A stretch of DNA of 64,000 bases from an uncultured virus (IMG/VR IMGVR_UViG_3300021378_000017) (Duplodnaviria; Heunggongvirae; Uroviricota; Caudoviricetes), in IMG/VR virus record IMGVR_UViG_3300021378_000017. One strand, 5' to 3'. Of this stretch, positions 45,439 through 54,165 are shown piece by piece (position 1 is the first letter of the stretch; every line of letters starts with the position of its first letter). The notes below the pieces were generated by a model, which saw nothing but the letters and a program-made list of their open reading frames with translations, ran no database searches and had not been told where the DNA came from. Made by a program: the position numbers and the translations under genes.

Positions 45439-45817
45439 GATTGCCTGCGTGTGATGGAGCGGTCCAACCTTCAGGTTTAATTAGGTCTGGAACTCCTAGT
45501 GGATTTGGCCTACTTGGCTTTTGTCCTACTTCTTTATTCATATTAGCTTCTAGTACAGCATCCCAAGCTTTATAGGGATCGACACCAAACGCATCAAGTG
45601 TACCAATAGCAACAACACATAGATCTATTAAACCATCTACAATTTCTTCTGGGTCATTATTAGTAACCGCAGCTGTTGTTTCCATTAGTTCTTCTTTCAA
45701 AAAATCAACTCTAAACTCAAGAAACTTTTTTAGTTTCTCAGGATTGGTTTCAACCCATTGTCTAGTAAGATATTTGCTTTGCATTAAGTGAATATCTTCT
45801 ACCCAATTCTTAGACAT
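45416..45817 (-). CDS. MazG-like all-alpha NTP pyrophosphohydrolase (candidate dCTPase/dUTPase)
   Basis: LKEELME...EEIVDGLIDL...V.EANMNK...DLIKPEGW. Confidence 0.75.
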   Translation of the reverse strand: MSKNWVEDIHLMQSKYLTRQWVETNPEKLKKFLEFRVDFLKEELMETTAAVTNNDPEEIVDGLIDLCVVAIGTLDAFGVDPYKAWDAVLEANMNKEVGQKPSRPNPLGVPDLIKPEGWTAPSHAGNHGKFNDI

Positions 45818-46106
45818 TTGTAATGATTCCTTGCTTTTCTGGCACCTGAATAGGACTGCTCATAGATTTAACTTGATCTACTAGTTCATCTAATGGATCA
45901 ACAGTAAATAGAATAAAACTATTTGGAATAGTAATACCTTCTGCTGCTTTTGTATAAGCCATAAATGGCATGAAGCCAATTTTACCTTCACCTGCTGGAA
46001 TTAAAGAATAACCATCTGTAATGGTAACTGATTCTTCGTTTTGTGTAACTTTACCAACCACTTCTTCACCAGAAGATAGTCGTACTAATTTATATTTATC
46101 TTTCAT
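45810..46106 (-). CDS. Sm-like small protein conserved next to gp43
   Basis: KLVRLSSGEEVVG...IGFMPFM.Y; early promoter at 46127-46155. Confidence 0.6.
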   Translation of the reverse strand: MKDKYKLVRLSSGEEVVGKVTQNEESVTITDGYSLIPAGEGKIGFMPFMAYTKAAEGITIPNSFILFTVDPLDELVDQVKSMSSPIQVPEKQGIITNV

Positions 46107-46159
46107 AAGTATTTTCCTTTGGTACTATTATACCATATTTTATATTAAATGTACAGTGT

Positions 46160-48673
46160 TTATCCAAAAAACTCATCTAGCGTAGATACCTCTTTTGAAG
46201 ACCAACCAATCGCATCGAGTATTGGTTCGATAGGATCTAGGAAAGTTTTTTGAAATTGGGTTTCGTGATCAATATATTTGTTTAATCCAAACTCTGTTGG
46301 AAGATAATCTAGGAATGATATAACATTTTCCTTTATAGGATTAGGCGTTCTGAGATAAATGAATTTAATCTTTTCGCCGTTATTGATTTTGTTATATCGC
46401 TTACCTAGCGATAGATCATCGATTAATTTGTTGTAAAGTATTCCGCCACGAGCATGTATCGGAGTACCTTTTCTGTAAATAGTGTTTCTGTCTTGGAATG
46501 AAGTGAGATTGGTTATACCCCTAGGGAATGCAATATCATTTGGTTCTAGTGTTCTGAAGTATTGTCTGAAATGTTCAATAGATTTTTGTACGTCAGATTC
46601 AGATGAATGCATAATAACTTTGAATATTTCTTTTAGTGCTTCTCGACATGGTGCAGGTGTAGAAGATTTAATAGCTTCAATACCCATAATTTTAAGTTTA
46701 GGTTCTGCATATCGTACACCTTCATTATCATGCACATTAAGAATGTATCGTTTCTTTGCTGTCCAAAGTCCACGATCAGCAATTACTTCTCGTCCCATGA
46801 CCATTTTGTTTTCGATACCACCCATGATACTATATAGCTTTTTATATGCTTCTTCAAGGACAGGTTCTAGCTTTTCTCTACAGACAGTGTCTAGAAAATC
46901 AATAGGATTACTAGGGTTAACTGCTTTAACTAGGTCGTTTAAGCATACATACACTGAATCTGTGTCAATTGCCAAGACGTAATCTTTGTTCGTTTTGAGC
47001 ACTTTATTGAGATACGTATTGATGGCTTCTTCAGCCCATCGTATGGTAAGTTGTCCGGAAAGTGTAATTCCTTCGGCAATTCGTTGATCGAAGAATCTGA
47101 AATACTTGTTGCCGAGAGCACCATAAAGAGAATTAAGAAGAATTTTAATAGACATTTGCCTGTTTTCGTTAATTGCAATATCCCTTTCAATTCTATAGAC
47201 TTCTTGTTTATCATTTTTATCTACCTTTTGTAATTCCTTTTGTGCTTTAATCATAGCCTTTTTAATTTGAACTCTTTCGCCATACATCTGTTCGATGATC
47301 TTAGGTAGAATACCCTTTTTGTCGATATTGAAATATTGGCCATTTGCACTTACAGCCTTTCCTCTGTTATCTACAATTGTATGGTTTTTAAGAATACTAT
47401 CGACATCATAATCAGATAATTCACCAGATGCTATTGTTTCAGGTGACATATTGTATTGCATAATTAGCGATGGATATAGTGAGTTTAAATCGAAAGATAC
47501 TACCCAATCATTTATTCCAACTTGTGGATCTTTAACATAACCGCCAGGATATGGTGTTTTTACTTTATCCTCTTGAAATGGAACTGCAATCTTTTGAGTT
47601 GAGAGATCTCTGTAAATAATAGAATCCCATATCGCTGTAGTTCCAAATGTATCGCCATAGTTAACACCACCGCGATATGCCATAGTTAAAGCTAGTGTAA
47701 TAAGACCAAGTTTGTCTTCGATCCTATCGACTAATTCAACATCCTTAATGTTATAATCAATAAACTTTTGATGATCATTTAAGTATAAACTAAATAAACT
47801 TGAGTGCTCTTCGTACGAAAGTTTTTTCTCGCCTAGAACAACATGTGATATATGATTAAGTGAATATGATTCTTGTGCACCATATGAATAACCAAACTTC
47901 TTGAATAGTTCCATATAGTCGAGTTGAGATATACCAGCAATTTCGTATGCAGTTTGCTTACGAGCCATAATAGTAACATCACGTGAATCAATTAATCCCC
48001 AAGGTGATAACTTTTTAACCCAGTCAGAACCTAGTAAATTATTGATTCTGTTTACAAGATATGGAATATCAAAGAATCTTGAGTTCCAACCAGTAACAAC
48101 ATCTGGGCAATGTGTTGGTGATGACCAATGTGTTATAAAATCCAAAAGTAATTGGCCTTCAGTATCGCACTTTTTATATACGACACGATTGGTTTGCATA
48201 ATAGATTGATTTACATCGTAATCTCTTAATGCCCACACATAATAAGTATTGTCAATATTGTTTTTAATACAGATAGCAGTAACTTCTTTTGAGGCTACAT
48301 CTGGTTCAGGAAACCCGTCGTCTGATGCGACTTCGATATCGATTGTAGTAACATTAATTGCGTTACGATCAAATTCAATATCACCTGGAAACTTTTCGTT
48401 TATAAACGTAGAAATATAACGGTTGTTTCCGTATATTTTTCGTCCTGAAACTTCTTTGTTTAAACTAATCCAATCTTTAGCATCACGCATAGATTCGAAT
48501 TGTGTGACTGGTGCAACTGGAGTTCCATCCAATGCTTTCCAATCTGTAGGTTTACTTGTAGCGACGTACAAGGTTGGTTTGTATTTTACCTTTCTGCTTA
48601 CTCGATTACCGTTTTCGATACCACGATAGAGTAACATATTGCCGTATCGGCCGACATTAGTATAAAAATTCAT
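46160..48673 (-). CDS. 43: Family B DNA polymerase gp43
   Basis: DIEV exonuclease, FDLNSLYPS, KILLNSLYGALGN, AIDTDS, KKRY; C-terminal TLDEFFG clamp peptide. Confidence 0.98.
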   Translation of the reverse strand: MNFYTNVGRYGNMLLYRGIENGNRVSRKVKYKPTLYVATSKPTDWKALDGTPVAPVTQFESMRDAKDWISLNKEVSGRKIYGNNRYISTFINEKFPGDIEFDRNAINVTTIDIEVASDDGFPEPDVASKEVTAICIKNNIDNTYYVWALRDYDVNQSIMQTNRVVYKKCDTEGQLLLDFITHWSSPTHCPDVVTGWNSRFFDIPYLVNRINNLLGSDWVKKLSPWGLIDSRDVTIMARKQTAYEIAGISQLDYMELFKKFGYSYGAQESYSLNHISHVVLGEKKLSYEEHSSLFSLYLNDHQKFIDYNIKDVELVDRIEDKLGLITLALTMAYRGGVNYGDTFGTTAIWDSIIYRDLSTQKIAVPFQEDKVKTPYPGGYVKDPQVGINDWVVSFDLNSLYPSLIMQYNMSPETIASGELSDYDVDSILKNHTIVDNRGKAVSANGQYFNIDKKGILPKIIEQMYGERVQIKKAMIKAQKELQKVDKNDKQEVYRIERDIAINENRQMSIKILLNSLYGALGNKYFRFFDQRIAEGITLSGQLTIRWAEEAINTYLNKVLKTNKDYVLAIDTDSVYVCLNDLVKAVNPSNPIDFLDTVCREKLEPVLEEAYKKLYSIMGGIENKMVMGREVIADRGLWTAKKRYILNVHDNEGVRYAEPKLKIMGIEAIKSSTPAPCREALKEIFKVIMHSSESDVQKSIEHFRQYFRTLEPNDIAFPRGITNLTSFQDRNTIYRKGTPIHARGGILYNKLIDDLSLGKRYNKINNGEKIKFIYLRTPNPIKENVISFLDYLPTEFGLNKYIDHETQFQKTFLDPIEPILDAIGWSSKEVSTLDEFFG

Positions 48674-48698
48674 TCATTCACCTTTGATAATATAGTCT

Positions 48699-48727
48699 AT
48701 TATACCATACTTTACTGCACATGTACA
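48699..48727 (-). promoter_or_regulatory. Early promoter (gene 43)
   Basis: TGTACA-N17-TATAAT. Confidence 0.78.
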
Positions 48728-48738
48728 CATGTAAAATG

Positions 48739-48769
48739 AAAAAAGTAGGGGGAGATGACTCCCCCGACT
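48739..48769 (-). terminator. Intrinsic terminator
   Basis: GGGGGAG/CTCCCCC stem followed by a T run on the minus strand. Confidence 0.8.
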
Positions 48770-48780
48770 AAGCTTAGTCA

Positions 48781-48900
48781 TTAATATGAATTCAATTGTA
48801 GATAAATTATGATTGGTGATACTGCTAGTATACCAGCCATAATAAACACTAATTCGAATCCAGTCCTAATGCCATCCTTGTGTTTACGTATGTAACCCAT
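48781..48900 (-). CDS. 39-aa membrane peptide
   Basis: GGAG RBS; MGYIRKHKDGIRTGFELVFIMAGILAVSPIIIYLQLNSY. Confidence 0.5.
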   Translation of the reverse strand: MGYIRKHKDGIRTGFELVFIMAGILAVSPIIIYLQLNSY

Positions 48901-48957
48901 GATTTGACTCCAGTAAATTGTTAAACAATCCACTGAGTTTTCGCTGCTCACCGGAAT

Positions 48958-49413
48958 CTATTCTCGAATAAATTCCTTCTTCTTTGATGCCCCAGCAGAC
49001 CCGATTTCGATCTTCCTAGGACGCCTCTCTTCTGGAACCTCAACTCTGGCGTTAACCACAAGTATTCCGTTCACTAGATCAGCCCCGTCTATTACGACAA
49101 ATTCTGAGAGTCGGAAGGACTTCTCAAATTTGCGGGATGATATACCTTTATGTGCATATTCACGTTCATCATCTTCATTATGTTGACCTTTTATTAAAAG
49201 AATACCATCCTTTACTTCCAATGAAATATCATCTTCAGAAAATCCAGCAACTGCAAGTTCGATATTGAAATTATCATCATCGATTTTCACAACGTTGTGT
49301 GGGGGATAATTATCTTGAGATCTTCCAGCTTGGTGGATTCTTTCAAGTTCATTTAATATTGGATCAAATCCAATAAAGAGGGAACGCGGCACGTTCATTG
49401 CATTTCTTACCAT
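48958..49413 (-). CDS. hsp20: Small heat-shock protein Hsp20 (IbpA-like)
   Basis: NYPPHNV, IELAVAGF, HKGISSRKF..SF.L, A.LVNGIL. Confidence 0.95.
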   Translation of the reverse strand: MVRNAMNVPRSLFIGFDPILNELERIHQAGRSQDNYPPHNVVKIDDDNFNIELAVAGFSEDDISLEVKDGILLIKGQHNEDDEREYAHKGISSRKFEKSFRLSEFVVIDGADLVNGILVVNARVEVPEERRPRKIEIGSAGASKKKEFIRE

Positions 49414-49482
49414 TTTAGTTTCTCCTATTTAAAGCAAGATTAATATGTGGACCCGATTATTCGGCATCCAAGTTTATTTATA
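49414..49482 (-). promoter_or_regulatory. Late promoter plus structured leader with ROSE-type thermometer hairpin
   Basis: TATAAATA 49475-49482; hairpin TGGATGCCGAATAATCGGGTCCA; TCTTGCT-TTAAAT-AGGAGA anti-SD hairpin. Confidence 0.65.
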
Positions 49483-49494
49483 CAACTTAGGAAG

Positions 49495-49917
49495 TTAGTT
49501 TGTGTTTCCTATGTTATATTTTGGACATAATTCCCAAAGAGCTTTATCTTTGTGTGGTATCACTTTGATTTGTCTCAAAGGTGCTACGTCCTTAAACAGA
49601 TTAGGTTCAATCATAGTGACCAATCCCCAATCTGATAACAGCGTTGCAATTGTGTTGCGTCGCTGAATATCGTTCTCTAATAGATTGGATGGTTTTCCAT
49701 CTAATAGAAATAATTCTTTAAAATGTACAATAAAGTATCTACCCTGCTTATGCAGAATATGACACGATTGATATAGTTTGCTTTCTTTGCGAGAAGCCAC
49801 TCCAATCCTGGTTAGTGTTTCTCTTACTTTCAGAAAATCGTCTGGTTCATTGAGTGATACTTCGAGCATCGAACCAGGTGTCCAATTTTGTATTGGGTTA
49901 TTATTTAGTTCTTCCAC
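49495..49917 (-). CDS. regA: Translational repressor RegA
   Basis: PDDFLKVRETLTRIGVAS...LYQSCHILHKQGRYFIVHFKELF. Confidence 0.96.
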   Translation of the reverse strand: MEELNNNPIQNWTPGSMLEVSLNEPDDFLKVRETLTRIGVASRKESKLYQSCHILHKQGRYFIVHFKELFLLDGKPSNLLENDIQRRNTIATLLSDWGLVTMIEPNLFKDVAPLRQIKVIPHKDKALWELCPKYNIGNTN

Positions 49918-50281
49918 CTTTACTAATCCTTTGATTCAAATCAGCAATTTCGTCATTGCTGAATAATGATAAAACAGATCTAGCTTTTTCATTGCTATAT
50001 CCATAATATTGTTTAATTACTTCAAGATTTTCTATGTTAGTCTTCTTAGACCATTTAGTAAATCTACTCTTTTTCTTAATAATATTTATAAGAAAATCGA
50101 ATTGAAGCTTGCTATCTAAATGATGTGATATATTCATTTCATTAGCCATAAGAACAGTATCAGGGAAAAACGATAACCCTCTATTTACCATAAAGGCGTT
50201 ATACTCATTTTCCGATAAGTCGTCTACAATAATATTCTTTTTAGAATTATTGATTGCTTTTAGATAATCGAACGGTGTCAT
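49901..50281 (-). CDS. 62: Clamp loader small subunit gp62
   Basis: FMVNRGLSFFPDTVLMANEMN; YYGYS.EKA; synteny. Confidence 0.9.
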   Translation of the reverse strand: MTPFDYLKAINNSKKNIIVDDLSENEYNAFMVNRGLSFFPDTVLMANEMNISHHLDSKLQFDFLINIIKKKSRFTKWSKKTNIENLEVIKQYYGYSNEKARSVLSLFSNDEIADLNQRISKGGRTK

Positions 50282-51213
50282 TTGAATTTAACTCCAGCCA
50301 TTATCTCAGTTAAGCATGCAACCATATTCAACTCATGATCAGCAACAAATGAATTTTTGTATTGGTAATCTGCCAAAATAAGTACCAGTTGCGGTATACT
50401 TTGAGGATCAACATATTCATTCATGTTATCGTAGACTTTACGAAAGAGTGAAGCTGGTTCTGTGTCAATGTTATCTGCAACCCATTGTCGCATAAGCTTA
50501 AAGTTTTTAAGTTTTAGATGTTCCATTAAATCACTAATAGAAGCATCAGAGAGCGTTACAAGTATTCCAGTATCAATTGTTCCACTGGTACTATATCGCT
50601 GTAACTCATTTATTACTTTACGCCAATCAGGCATGTGTTTAATAATAAGTTCTGCAACGACGTTACGATCGTAAGTAATATTTTCTTGTTCTAGAATATA
50701 TTGACAACGACTAAGAAATTGATCACAGAGTTTTGGCATTGACTTTTTAGGTACATTAAACTCAATAGTTGTACATCGAGAATGAAGCGGATCGATAATT
50801 CTGTTTTTGAAATTGCATGTTAGTATAAACCTACAGTTTCCTGAGAATTCTTCGATGAATCCACGCAAAGCTGGTTGTGTTGATTGTGGGTTCAAGTAGT
50901 CTGCTTCATCAAGGATAACTACTTTATAGCCACCCTGTAATGATACCGATGAAGCAAACTGCTTGATTTTACCTCTGAGAGTATCAATGTTACCCTCTTC
51001 GGAGCCATTAATTATAATATAATCTAATGACAACTCGTTGCACAAAGCTTTAGCGACAGTAGTTTTACCAAGGCCGGCTGAGCCGGTAAGAAGCATATTG
51101 TGTAAGTCACCCCCTTTAACAATATCTTCAAAAGTTTTCTTGATTGAATTTGGTAAAATTGTATCTTTAATTGTTTGTGGACGATATTTCTCTACCCAAA
51201 GAAATTCTTGCAT
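50278..51213 (-). CDS. 44: Clamp loader large subunit gp44
   Basis: WVEKYRP, GSAGLGKTT, LDEAD, LRGFIEEFS, SRC. Confidence 0.96.
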   Translation of the reverse strand: MQEFLWVEKYRPQTIKDTILPNSIKKTFEDIVKGGDLHNMLLTGSAGLGKTTVAKALCNELSLDYIIINGSEEGNIDTLRGKIKQFASSVSLQGGYKVVILDEADYLNPQSTQPALRGFIEEFSGNCRFILTCNFKNRIIDPLHSRCTTIEFNVPKKSMPKLCDQFLSRCQYILEQENITYDRNVVAELIIKHMPDWRKVINELQRYSTSGTIDTGILVTLSDASISDLMEHLKLKNFKLMRQWVADNIDTEPASLFRKVYDNMNEYVDPQSIPQLVLILADYQYKNSFVADHELNMVACLTEIMAGVKFK

Positions 51214-51470
51214 TATAGTACCTCCCAACCAAGAACAGTATCTAGTCTAAACGATCTCCATGCGTCTTTGTCAAGAGACCAAGCAGCAATATGATGCGTG
51301 TTAGGATCGATGTTTTCGATAATAGATTGAACTCCATTAGCTTTTAGAACTGGGGGGTTGAGAGTACATGGCATGACTCTAATTTCGTCTGAGTCAATTT
51401 TTTGAAAGGTTACTGTAACAGAACCTCGTTTTAGTGCTTCGATTAAGCGTGATGTTTCATTGCGATCCAT
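51213..51470 (-). CDS. WYL-like/SH3-fold small protein
   Basis: VTFQK.D..IRVM.CTL...WRSFRLD. Confidence 0.65.
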   Translation of the reverse strand: MDRNETSRLIEALKRGSVTVTFQKIDSDEIRVMPCTLNPPVLKANGVQSIIENIDPNTHHIAAWSLDKDAWRSFRLDTVLGWEVL

Positions 51471-51538
51471 AATAAATCCTTCATAATAAAATTAATAAAA
51501 TACGGAGGAGCCACCTCCGCAATAGGCTAATCTTTCAA

Positions 51539-51814
51539 CTAAGCGTCTGCTTCGCCAGTATCAACAGTTACATCGGGATCGCCTTCAGATGGTACCATAC
51601 CTTCTGGAGCTTTTTCACCTTGAGCTTCTGATGCTTGGTTTAGAAACTGAACGGTTCTATTTCTAAGACCGCCGATTGCTTCCATTTCTTGACCTTCAAA
51701 ACCACCTCTTTTAGAACAGATATCGATAATCTGCACAAAAGTTGAGATGTCCTGAAGACTTAGTTGTACTGGTTCTTGTTCCTCACCAGCTTGAGTTTCT
51801 ACTTGATTAGTCAT
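51539..51814 (-). CDS. Hypothetical protein
   Basis: LSLQDI...IIDICSKRGGF.G.EM..IG; AAGGAG RBS; downstream terminator hairpin at 51502-51520. Confidence 0.6.
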   Translation of the reverse strand: MTNQVETQAGEEQEPVQLSLQDISTFVQIIDICSKRGGFEGQEMEAIGGLRNRTVQFLNQASEAQGEKAPEGMVPSEGDPDVTVDTGEADA

Positions 51815-51933
51815 TTTGTTTCTCCTTTGATCAAAGTTAGACTATAATTAGTAAGACCGGTTATCCGCATCTTACACTATATCCTCATAATTATTATGAG
51901 AATTCCTATTGCGTATATAATATACCATTATAT

Positions 51934-52605
51934 TTATACGCCAAATGTTGACGCTTTCTCTAAAGCGATAAAATATTTAACTGCCATTGATGAACATGTC
52001 CACTGTGAAATTAGTTTAGAACTGATATTCACAAAGTAATCACCTTCGATCAATTTTAGATTATTAATATTTACGATGAAATTAAACTCTTCAGTACAAT
52101 CGTTATTGTCGTTAAGTTCAATATCAAATGAGTTAGCAGTGGCATCTGAACTATCAACTACTGATAGTGTTACTTTACCGCCGTTACCTTTAATAGACAT
52201 TTCAGTATGTCCAAGTACAGCAGCTGCTTTACGAACCTGTGATAAAACTTCCTGTGTAATGGAAATTCCAACTTCGGTGTCTGGCATTGTAATTTCTTTA
52301 GAAGGAGATGTTAAGATCTCTGGCTCTGAAAAGAAATATGTTACAGTGTTACCACCTGAAGTAATCTTAACGTTTTTATCTTGAAAATCAAAGTTTGGAT
52401 CTTGTACCAAATTTGAAACAGATAAGAACTCATTAAGATCATAGATTCCAAACTCTGTAGGAAAATCATCAGTGCCATCAGCAACAGCCATAATGTTTTT
52501 AGCTTCAGAGATTGTTTTTAGTTGACCACCAGGTTTAATCACAATGTTAGGATTAATGGTAGCAAAGTTTTTCAATACCTTGAGAGTATCGTTTGTTATA
52601 TTCAT
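51934..52605 (-). CDS. 45: Sliding clamp gp45
   Basis: TLKVLKNFATINPNI, FGIYDLNEFLS, YFIALE; early promoter at 52632-52660. Confidence 0.95.
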   Translation of the reverse strand: MNITNDTLKVLKNFATINPNIVIKPGGQLKTISEAKNIMAVADGTDDFPTEFGIYDLNEFLSVSNLVQDPNFDFQDKNVKITSGGNTVTYFFSEPEILTSPSKEITMPDTEVGISITQEVLSQVRKAAAVLGHTEMSIKGNGGKVTLSVVDSSDATANSFDIELNDNNDCTEEFNFIVNINNLKLIEGDYFVNISSKLISQWTCSSMAVKYFIALEKASTFGV

Positions 52606-52663
52606 AATATTACCTTTTTAATTAATAGTATATTATACCATACTTTTAGTATAATGTACATAG

Positions 52664-52951
52664 TTAGTTTGAATTAATCCTATCATGCTCATAGAGAGCA
52701 AGTAATGCATAATGCAATACTTTCATAAGATCCTTTCGGTGGTCTTTCACATCACCCTTTTTCCCGTACCTTGCATTGTATTTATCGACATTACCCAGGA
52801 AGAATCCTAGACCATGTCCACGATCCACTATAACCTCAGAGGATTGTAATCCCCCTTGTCCATAATGTGCATCGTACGTAGAATCGATATACGCTTGAAG
52901 CTCTTTGATTAGAGCTCCTTCGTTAAATTTGTAGTTAAGCTGTTTCGCCAT
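52664..52951 (-). CDS. DUF3310-like protein
   Basis: HY...GFFLGNVDKY..RYGKK....DLMK.LHY. Confidence 0.7.
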   Translation of the reverse strand: MAKQLNYKFNEGALIKELQAYIDSTYDAHYGQGGLQSSEVIVDRGHGLGFFLGNVDKYNARYGKKGDVKDHRKDLMKVLHYALLALYEHDRINSN

Positions 52952-54062
52952 TATAATCCTCGTCAGTAATTGTTTCTATACCTGCATCGACCTTACTGTA
53001 AAGATCTAGGAATGCAGCTTTTGTGTCATCGTCGAACCTTGAGATACATAGATCAATTGATTTCATCTTATCTTTAAAGATTGAGAATGTTTGTGCAATA
53101 TGACACAACCTTCTTGTTGAAATAACTTCATCGACTCCATCATCGTAGAAAGTTTTTCTGATGATGTCTGCCCATCCCACTAAGTTATCAGCAAAGTCTT
53201 TGTCGACTTCTCCAAATTTTTTCATGTGGTTATTAACAATTTTCTTTTCAACTGATACCGATGGAAATGCTTGATCAATTGATATTGTGAATCTTTCTAG
53301 GAAAGCATCATCGATAATAGAAGCTGCTGTGAATCTTCCATCGTCTGACCCTTTACCCTTTGTGTTAGCAGTTGCTATTACATTGAATCCATTAGTAGGT
53401 TTAACAACCTCTCCAGTTTTCTTAACTAGGACTGGCTTACCTTCTAGGATTCCTTGAAGACACATGATTTTATTAGTAGCTCTATCAATTTCATCTAGGA
53501 GAAGAATTGCTCCGTTTTCCATAGCTTTTAGAACTGGACCTTTGGAGAAAACTGTTTCGCCATTGATTAATCTGAATCCGCCAATTAAATCGTCTTCATC
53601 TGTCTCTGGATTAATTTGCACTCTAATAAACTCTCTACCTTCTTTAGCACATGCCTGTTCGACCATAAAGGTTTTACCATTACCGCTTAGACCTGACACA
53701 TAGATAGGGTAAAACATTTCAGATTTAACGACTTTAACGACGTCTGAATATGCACCCCATGGTACGAATGTAGGATCAACTGAAGCGAATGTTTTCTCTT
53801 CATTTACTATTGATTGCATTCCAACTACTGTTGGTGATGTTTTAGCCATTGTATTAGATTCCCTCATTGGAATAATAACAGCTGAAAGATCATATTGACC
53901 TCTGACATCGGTCCTGTTATCAGTTGAAGTTAGAGGTGAATAATCACTCTTTTTAAATCCTAGCGAATTTGCTATGGATACGATTTCTGCTTTTTTAAAG
54001 ACAGTGCTATCTGGATATGTTTCCATTAAGCTTTTTAGTATTGTATTTGTGTTTATGTTCAT
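52935..54062 (-). CDS. CobS/MoxR-like AAA+ ATPase
   Basis: GLSGNGKT, ETDEDDLIGG, LLLDEID, ATANTKGKG, AFLERF, ISTRRL. Confidence 0.9.
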   Translation of the reverse strand: MNINTNTILKSLMETYPDSTVFKKAEIVSIANSLGFKKSDYSPLTSTDNRTDVRGQYDLSAVIIPMRESNTMAKTSPTVVGMQSIVNEEKTFASVDPTFVPWGAYSDVVKVVKSEMFYPIYVSGLSGNGKTFMVEQACAKEGREFIRVQINPETDEDDLIGGFRLINGETVFSKGPVLKAMENGAILLLDEIDRATNKIMCLQGILEGKPVLVKKTGEVVKPTNGFNVIATANTKGKGSDDGRFTAASIIDDAFLERFTISIDQAFPSVSVEKKIVNNHMKKFGEVDKDFADNLVGWADIIRKTFYDDGVDEVISTRRLCHIAQTFSIFKDKMKSIDLCISRFDDDTKAAFLDLYSKVDAGIETITDEDYNGETA

Positions 54063-54091
54063 AATATAGTTCCTTATCAATTTATATAACT

Positions 54092-54165
54092 ATTATACCA
54101 TAGTTAATGCATAGTGTACAGGGTTATTTGCATTTATTTGCAAAATAATTAGCCTAAGTATCACT
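54092..54165 (-). promoter_or_regulatory. Early promoter with conserved upstream repeat (copy 2)
   Basis: Near-identical to 33591-33641. Confidence 0.85.

Noticed and set aside
16869..48673. Introns or inteins in nrdA, nrdB, gene 41 or gene 43
   Set aside because: ORFs are continuous and of normal length.
29670..50090. TATAAATA matches inside genes (29670-29677, 50083-50090)
   Set aside because: Expected by chance in AT-rich DNA; not positioned just upstream of a start codon.
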